Source: Candidatus Saccharimonadota bacterium
Lineage (GTDB): Bacteria; Patescibacteriota; Saccharimonadia; Saccharimonadales; CAIOMD01
Assembly: GCA_031973215.1 (NCBI GenBank)
Contig: DALYDK010000002.1
Span: 10,097 to 61,275 of the forward strand
DNA: 51,179 nt
Direction of reading: 5' to 3'
Shown here: in pieces, positions 44,875 to 51,179 of the stretch
How positions within the stretch are numbered: the stretch's first letter is position 1
How the letters are laid out: every line of letters begins with the position of its first letter
Program-made: the position numbers and the translations under genes
Notes under the pieces: model-generated
Told to the model about the DNA's origin: nothing
What the model saw: only the letters and a program-made list of their open reading frames with translations
The model's database searches: none

Positions 44875-45867
44875 TTAGTGGGATTTTCCGGCTTGCAAAA
44901 GAACTTGATGGACCGCCATAGCAATATGCTTAGGAGTTAGTCCATAATGATCGAATAACTGGTCTGGCTTACCACTTTGACCATATAAATCTTTCACCCC
45001 AACTCTTCTTACTGGCACCGGATAATTTTCACTGACAAGTTCAGCAACTGCTCCACCTAACCCACCGTTAATTTGGGCCTCCTCTACAGTAACGGCACAT
45101 TTTGTTTTTTTGATACTTTCTAAAATTGTCACACCGTCAAGAGGCTTAATAGTTGGCACATGGATCACCTCCGCATCGATTCCGTCTTTAAATAGCATTT
45201 GGGCAGCCACCAGGCTTTGATATGTCATGGTGCCTGTAGAAATAATAGAAACTTCATGCCCGGGCTCAAAAACATAAGCTTTACCAATTTCGAATGGTGT
45301 TTTTTCTGAGGTAAAAACAGGTGTAGCTTCTCTTGAAAGGCGAAGATAATTAGGCTGCTTATTGGCTGCCATTGCCTTCGTCATTTTTTCTGCCTCTATA
45401 GCATCACCAGGTGCCAGAACCACCATATTTGGCATCACTCTCATTAAGGCAATGTCCTCAAGCATTTGATGAGTTGCCCCATCTGCACCGGTATATAAAC
45501 CAGCATGCGACCCAATTACCTTAACGGGTAATTCATTTAATGCGGCAGTTGTTCTGATTTGCTCCCAGTTACGCCCAGGACTAAAAGCAGCATAACTGCT
45601 AATGAAAGGTATTTTTCCTGTTAAAGCCAAACCCGCACCAACTGTTGCTAGGTTTTGTTCTGCAATGCCTACCTCGAAAAATCTATCAGGATATGCTTCT
45701 TTAAAGAGATGCATTTGGGTACTTTCTGTAAGATCGGCACAAAGAGCCACAACATCTTGGTTGCTTTCGCCAACTGCCCTTAGCCCTTCACCAAAACCTT
45801 TTCTTGTAGCCTTAAGTTCTAAGTCGCTATTTAGGTAGTCGGCTAAATGATAATCACCCCTACTCAT
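44875..45867 (-). CDS. Transketolase, C-terminal subunit
   Basis: ADLTEST, GIAEQN, DGATHQMLED, VEEA...GGLG; SD AGGAG favours ATG 45867. Confidence 0.93.
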   Translation of the reverse strand: MSRGDYHLADYLNSDLELKATRKGFGEGLRAVGESNQDVVALCADLTESTQMHLFKEAYPDRFFEVGIAEQNLATVGAGLALTGKIPFISSYAAFSPGRNWEQIRTTAALNELPVKVIGSHAGLYTGADGATHQMLEDIALMRVMPNMVVLAPGDAIEAEKMTKAMAANKQPNYLRLSREATPVFTSEKTPFEIGKAYVFEPGHEVSIISTGTMTYQSLVAAQMLFKDGIDAEVIHVPTIKPLDGVTILESIKKTKCAVTVEEAQINGGLGGAVAELVSENYPVPVRRVGVKDLYGQSGKPDQLFDHYGLTPKHIAMAVHQVLLQAGKSH

Positions 45868-46720
45868 GTTCACTCCTAATTTTTCCTTTTAGGGTTCTTA
45901 GCTCTTTTAAAGCCAAAACTGCTTGCTCATGATTAGGAGGCAAGCCATGCCAATGAAAGTCGTATTCCATAAAATCGACACCCTTGCCCGGTATTGTATA
46001 GGCAATTATCATCACCGGTTTTTCAACAACTGCTTTTGCCATTTCAAGCGCGTCTATAACGGCTTCTATGTTATTGCCATCTATTTCCATAACATGCCAA
46101 CCAAAAGCTTCCCATTTTGCTTTGAGATTTTCTAAAGGCACAACAGATTCAGTTGGTCCATCGATTTGAATGTTATTTCTGTCTATTATGCCAATTACAT
46201 TATTTAAGCCGTATTTAGGAGCCAGCATTGCAGCCTCCCAAATATTTCCTTCATTTAATTCACCGTCACCCATTACTACAAAAACCCAGCGATGATTTTG
46301 TTTGTTCAGACGCATCCCTAGAGCAACGCCAACTGCCTGGCTTAAACCACAGCCCAAAGGACCGCTAGTTGTTTCTAGCCCGGGTAATTTTGTTCTTTCA
46401 GGGTGGCCCTGAAGCCTGCTGCCAAATTGTCTTAGAGTAGATAATTCTTTTTTATCGAAATATCCTGCCTCGGCCATTGTTGCATAACGAACTGGCGCAG
46501 TGTGGCCGTTGCTAAGAATAAGAACATCTCTTTCATCCCAATCTGGGTTTTTTGGATCATGCCGCATGACATCAAAGTACAATGCTGTGAATATATCGGC
46601 TAAGCCAAGCGGACCCGCCGAATGTCCACTTCCGGCTTTTTCCAGCATAGAAATAATGTCACTGCGAATATCATTTGCTTTTAGTTCAAGCTGTTCTATG
46701 GTCAATTTTTTTTGGGCCAT
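45860..46720 (-). CDS. Transketolase, N-terminal subunit
   Basis: SGH, ILSNGH, LQGHP, GDGE...EG-x-NN TPP motif, GKGV. Confidence 0.93.
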   Translation of the reverse strand: MAQKKLTIEQLELKANDIRSDIISMLEKAGSGHSAGPLGLADIFTALYFDVMRHDPKNPDWDERDVLILSNGHTAPVRYATMAEAGYFDKKELSTLRQFGSRLQGHPERTKLPGLETTSGPLGCGLSQAVGVALGMRLNKQNHRWVFVVMGDGELNEGNIWEAAMLAPKYGLNNVIGIIDRNNIQIDGPTESVVPLENLKAKWEAFGWHVMEIDGNNIEAVIDALEMAKAVVEKPVMIIAYTIPGKGVDFMEYDFHWHGLPPNHEQAVLALKELRTLKGKIRSEHE

Positions 46721-46781
46721 TTTTTTATTTTCCTAAAATTTAGCTAGTTTTATTTTACCATAACTGTTATGTATTAAATAT

Positions 46782-47411
46782 CTAATTATTCAAGAGAATA
46801 TTCATTTGATCAAATACTTCTTTAGGCTTGTCTGTGCCCTGAATAGCACTTCCGACATTTATGACATCTACTCCACCTTTTTGTAAATCAACAATATTAA
46901 ATAGGTTTGCTCCGCCGTCCCAGCCGTACTCTAAATATTTTGTTATTTTTTTTGCATCGGCAATTTTTTCCAACATCCCAAGGTCGGCCGTCCCTCCGTA
47001 ATGACCTAAGTTGCCAGCAAAAATTAATAAGTGTTGTACGTGAGGAAAAATATAACTGACTTCTTGAATTGGGGTTTTTTGTAATATAGCCAAGCCGGTT
47101 TTAATATTATGTTCCCGCAAATCCGCTGCAAGCTTCGGAATATCGCAGTTGCTTTCAGCGTGCACTATAACCATATTTGGCTTTATTCTAATAAATTCAT
47201 CAAAAAACATTTGTGGCTCTTGGTACATTACATGCAAATCAACCAGCATATCTCCTAATTTTGAAATCATCGAAAGAGGTATGCTTTTAGAGTCTGTAAA
47301 TACACCATCCATAACATCTATTTGAATGCGACTCGCAAAACTAATTTTTTTTTGCTGGTTCACATAATCACTTTGGTCTGAAGCTAGCACGGTTGGGCAT
47401 ATTAAACTCAT
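46782..47411 (-). CDS. rpe: Ribulose-phosphate 3-epimerase
   Basis: P.VLA.D, IDVMDG.F, DLHVM, WDGG, VGSAI. Confidence 0.85.
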   Translation of the reverse strand: MSLICPTVLASDQSDYVNQQKKISFASRIQIDVMDGVFTDSKSIPLSMISKLGDMLVDLHVMYQEPQMFFDEFIRIKPNMVIVHAESNCDIPKLAADLREHNIKTGLAILQKTPIQEVSYIFPHVQHLLIFAGNLGHYGGTADLGMLEKIADAKKITKYLEYGWDGGANLFNIVDLQKGGVDVINVGSAIQGTDKPKEVFDQMNILLNN

Positions 47412-47505
47412 TACAAAAATTATAACCTAAACTCCTAAAAAAATAATTATGGTTATATTTTTAGATTATTCGTTGTAAAATTAATAAATAGACAGTAGAC
47501 AAAAA

Positions 47506-49167
47506 GTGGATAATATACAAATGCCCGAGCCAGAGGTAATATCTGGCAACCAGAATGCAGAGCCTAGCACAGCTCAACAACACCAAGAAGTTGATTCAGC
47601 TAGGAATCTTATATTGCAGCCATCCGAAAAGCAAAAATGCACCGAAATGTTAGGTAGGCTAGCCATTAGAAATGATCAAGAGTCCGTAGTAGAGCAAGAA
47701 CAGAATCAAAGATTATCACAAGTAAGCCCATATCCACACTACCAAAAGCCTAAGCTCGAATTGTCTCTTCCGAAAATTTCTTTTTCCAAGAGACTATTAG
47801 CGGCGGTTTTAGCCGGAACTTTTTTTATGGCGCTTCTAGGGGGCATGCTATTTTACAGTAACGGAAAAAAAGATGATCCTAATAAATTAGGCAGTAATTT
47901 ATATATAGCCGGGCTCTCGGTTGATGGGAAAAACCCCGAACAGGCCAGCAAAGAATTAAATAGCTTAGCAGAATCTCAAAAAATCAGTCTTACAATCAAC
48001 GACCAAAAAATAGAAACCTCTGCTCAAGAACTTGGCATCAACAGAGATGTAGCCCAGGCGATTAAAGAAGCTCAATCGAAGAAAAAAACAATAAAAGAAA
48101 AATTGGGAATAAAACCCAAAGAGAAGTTCGAAATTCCATTAAGATCTTCCGTAGACCAAAATAAACTAAAACTATTTGTTTCAAAAACACTCGGAGATCA
48201 AATGCTAGCTAAAGATGCCTCCGTTAGCCTTGACGGCGAAACTTTTGTTGTAAGCGAAGGCCAAAAGGGTTTGTCGATAGATTATGAAAAGCTTAGCGCA
48301 GACTTAAATTTAATACCCTTGAATAAAAAAGCAGAAATAACCGCTAGTGTAGTCATGGTAGATCCTTCCATAACTACTGATACCGCTAATAAGGCCAAGG
48401 CTGACGCAGAGCAACTCATAGCAGCTAAATATACGGTTGGTCACCCAACTATAGGCTCTAAGCTGCTTGGCAATAATTTAAAAACAAAATGGATTGTGTT
48501 TAGCCCGGATAGTAACAATAAAGTCATTAATGTATCAATAAACCAAGAAGCAGCCTGGAATGATTTTGTTTGGCTTACAAAACTATTCAATCAGGGGGCA
48601 AGTAATAGAATTAAGGTAAATATACCCGGTCAAGGTGCAACTGTAATAGATGAGGGCCGAGATGGTATCAATATGTCAGACGAAGAAATTGTCAAACAAA
48701 AAGCTATCTTCTTAGAAAAACTTTCAAAAAAAGAAGCCTACGATGCTAACATTAATCCTTCATTAGTTGCTAGGGCGGAAACTGTTTACGACGGCCAGCA
48801 ACGAATGGTCCTAGTAGATGCTCCAAACTTTAGAGCTTACGCCTTCGAAAACGGCCAGACGCTAAAGTCTGTACCTATTACTACTGGTAAAACCGGCTTT
48901 GAAACACCTACTGGTACCTACTTGATTAAAAGAAAGATTGCGATTAGCACCATGAAAGCCTGTTCCAACGGTGAATGCTGGTCAGTGCCAAACATAAAGT
49001 GGCAGTCTTATTTTACTAACGAAGGCCATGCCATACATGCCTCTGCGGCACCCGGCGCAGTCGGCAGATACAATATCAGCCACGGTTGTGTTGGCATGTA
49101 CGAAAACGATGCAAAATGGTTTTACGACTGGGCAGTTGTTGGTACCCCAGTTGTGATAGTTCGCTAA
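47506..49167 (+). CDS. Membrane-anchored L,D-transpeptidase (YkuD domain) with putative peptidoglycan-binding repeats
   Basis: TM helix, long extracellular stalk, TG..GFETPTG, HAIH...SHGCVGM. Confidence 0.85.
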   Translation: MDNIQMPEPEVISGNQNAEPSTAQQHQEVDSARNLILQPSEKQKCTEMLGRLAIRNDQESVVEQEQNQRLSQVSPYPHYQKPKLELSLPKISFSKRLLAAVLAGTFFMALLGGMLFYSNGKKDDPNKLGSNLYIAGLSVDGKNPEQASKELNSLAESQKISLTINDQKIETSAQELGINRDVAQAIKEAQSKKKTIKEKLGIKPKEKFEIPLRSSVDQNKLKLFVSKTLGDQMLAKDASVSLDGETFVVSEGQKGLSIDYEKLSADLNLIPLNKKAEITASVVMVDPSITTDTANKAKADAEQLIAAKYTVGHPTIGSKLLGNNLKTKWIVFSPDSNNKVINVSINQEAAWNDFVWLTKLFNQGASNRIKVNIPGQGATVIDEGRDGINMSDEEIVKQKAIFLEKLSKKEAYDANINPSLVARAETVYDGQQRMVLVDAPNFRAYAFENGQTLKSVPITTGKTGFETPTGTYLIKRKIAISTMKACSNGECWSVPNIKWQSYFTNEGHAIHASAAPGAVGRYNISHGCVGMYENDAKWFYDWAVVGTPVVIVR

Positions 49168-49189
49168 AAAAGATAGAATTATTAAATAT

Positions 49190-50431
49190 ATGAATACTTT
49201 AAGCCAAGAACTAAAGTGGCGAGGCTTCGTCAACCAAACTACTTTTAAAAACATAGAAGAACTAGATAATGAACCAATTACATTCTACTGGGGAGTAGAC
49301 CCTAGCGCTAGCTCAATGCATATAGGCCAACTGGCAATGGCAATGATGATAAAGCAATTTATTAAATATGGGCATAAACCCATTTTATTAGTCGGCGGAG
49401 CGACTGGTATGATTGGCGACCCTGACGGAAAAGATAACGAACGAGATCTTAAAAGTGTTGAAGAAGTCGATAATAATAAAAGGCAAATTGCCAAACAGTA
49501 CAAGCACCTATTCAATGGATATAAATTTGAAATTGTAGATAATTACGATTGGTTTAAGAATATAAACTACCTAGATTTTCTAAGAAACATAGGTAAGGTT
49601 GTTCCAATGAGCCAAATGCTTGGCAGAGATTTTGTCCAAACAAGACTTGGGGAACAAGGTAGCGGAATTAGTTATGCTGAGTTTAGCTATTCATTGATTC
49701 AAGGGTATGATTATTTGCACCTTTTCAGAAATAATAATGTTTCGCTGCAGGTTTGCGGTAGCGATCAATGGAGCAATAGTATTGCTGGGGTCGAACTTAT
49801 CCGAAAATTAGAAAACAAAGAAGCTCACATATGGACAGCTCCCTTAATAATAAATAAAAGTACGGGCAAGAAGTTTGGTAAAAGTGAAGCGGGCGCCATT
49901 TGGCTAGATGAAGAGCTTACTAGCGTTTACCAGTTTTATCAATTTTGGCTAAATGTAGATGACCAAGGTGTTGAAGATTACCTAAAAATTTACACCATGC
50001 TCGGCCAAGAAGAAATTACTAAAATTATGTCTGCCTTTAATGAAAAACCCGAGGAAAGACTGGCCCAAAAAACACTTGCCCATGAAGTGACTTCAATTGT
50101 TCACGGCCAAGAACGAGCAACAAGCGTCCAAAGAATAAGCGAAGTTTTATTTGGAAATATAAGCTATGAGGCATTAACTAAAAATGACTTTCATGAACTT
50201 AGTAGTGAGATTCCAGTAATTTCCTATAATAAACAACCCTTAATAGACTTATTAGCAGAAGGCAAGCTGGCATCTAGCAAAGGAGAAGCAAGAAGATTCT
50301 TAGAGGCTGGAGCAGTCTACATTAATGGCGAAAAAGTCACTGGCGATAGCTATATATCAGATAGCCAGTTTATTAATGATTTTCTTATTATCCGCAGGGG
50401 TAAAAACAGTCAAGTTTTAATTAAAAAATAG
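49190..50431 (+). CDS. tyrS: Tyrosine-tRNA ligase
   Basis: GVDPSA..HIGQ, QGYD, GSDQW, KFGKSE, C-terminal S4 domain. Confidence 0.97.
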   Translation: MNTLSQELKWRGFVNQTTFKNIEELDNEPITFYWGVDPSASSMHIGQLAMAMMIKQFIKYGHKPILLVGGATGMIGDPDGKDNERDLKSVEEVDNNKRQIAKQYKHLFNGYKFEIVDNYDWFKNINYLDFLRNIGKVVPMSQMLGRDFVQTRLGEQGSGISYAEFSYSLIQGYDYLHLFRNNNVSLQVCGSDQWSNSIAGVELIRKLENKEAHIWTAPLIINKSTGKKFGKSEAGAIWLDEELTSVYQFYQFWLNVDDQGVEDYLKIYTMLGQEEITKIMSAFNEKPEERLAQKTLAHEVTSIVHGQERATSVQRISEVLFGNISYEALTKNDFHELSSEIPVISYNKQPLIDLLAEGKLASSKGEARRFLEAGAVYINGEKVTGDSYISDSQFINDFLIIRRGKNSQVLIKK

Positions 50432-50444
50432 TTTAGAATGTTGC

Positions 50445-50891
50445 TTAAATTTCATCAAGTTCTAGGTTGCGCCTAATATATCTAGGGGCTTTGGCAAATG
50501 GCGTATTAAGCCAAGCGTCGACTATCGGTTGCCAATCTTTCTTTGCACTCAAAACGTCCGATGGTAATGCTAAAACATTGCTGTCTTCGTCATTACGAAT
50601 ACCTTTAGCAGCTTGAACACTGTAACCCAGGCCAGCCCTTACTCCTTTAAAGCGGTTTGCTGCCATCAACATACCTTGGCCACTTCCGCAAATTAATATT
50701 GCCCTTGTCTCTTTGACGTCCGAAGACAACATTTTTATTACTGCAGCCGTTGCAAACACCGGAAAATCATCTTGGCTATCATACTGCTTGTCTCCAGCAT
50801 CCTCGGCTGAATAATTTTGCGCCTTTAAATAATCAAGAATTTGCTGTTTTAAATGAAAGCCATTATGATCGGCTGCAACAATAATTTTCAT
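50445..50891 (-). CDS. rpiB: RpiB/LacA/LacB sugar-phosphate isomerase
   Basis: ADHNG, DFP, CGSGQG, ANRFKGVRA; SD AAGGA. Confidence 0.88.
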   Translation of the reverse strand: MKIIVAADHNGFHLKQQILDYLKAQNYSAEDAGDKQYDSQDDFPVFATAAVIKMLSSDVKETRAILICGSGQGMLMAANRFKGVRAGLGYSVQAAKGIRNDEDSNVLALPSDVLSAKKDWQPIVDAWLNTPFAKAPRYIRRNLELDEI

Positions 50892-50899
50892 CTTGTCCT

Positions 50900-51179
<280 letters not shown>

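Noticed and set aside
49300-49340. HIGQ instead of HIGH in TyrRS
   Set aside because: Variation at the last HIGH position is common in class I synthetases; the rest of the enzyme is canonical

Overview
AT-rich, very tightly packed chromosomal window. The gene content points to a Patescibacteria genome, probably Candidatus Saccharibacteria/TM7 (inference: split transketolase in a compact glycolysis/pentose-phosphate cluster, GatCAB, stand-alone nusA, a lone PilB-type ATPase, several uncharacterised proteins). Conserved genes end at TGA, so this is genetic code 11. Housekeeping genes: recG, rsmD, PBP1A, radA, clpC, nusA, pepN, rnhB, rplS, dnaE, galU, gatCAB, uvrB, fba, tkt N/C, rpe, tyrS, rpiB, the 3' end of gapA, and one tRNA-Leu(TAG). 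I found no rRNA, CRISPR array, integrase or transposase. Most notable observations: (1) downstream of tRNA-Leu, an ABC-F gene, a GC-richer 169-aa gene starting M-GGINCAGGNGG, a 17-bp hairpin and a miniature YcaO, which could be a RiPP-like or protein-modification system; (2) a membrane-anchored RxxxxH (HEPN-like) protein translationally coupled inside gatCAB; (3) a cytoplasmic protein with the eight side-chain zinc ligands of phospholipase C/P1 nuclease between recG and rsmD; (4) a PP2C-fold protein lacking its catalytic aspartates; (5) a perfect CIRCE operator over the clpC-radA operon promoter; (6) a terminator-like attenuator in the nusA leader; (7) a -10 box 6-10 nt upstream of many start codons, suggesting widespread leaderless mRNAs; (8) two distant GC-rich small genes followed by related long hairpins. 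All family calls come from motifs read by eye; no database search was run.
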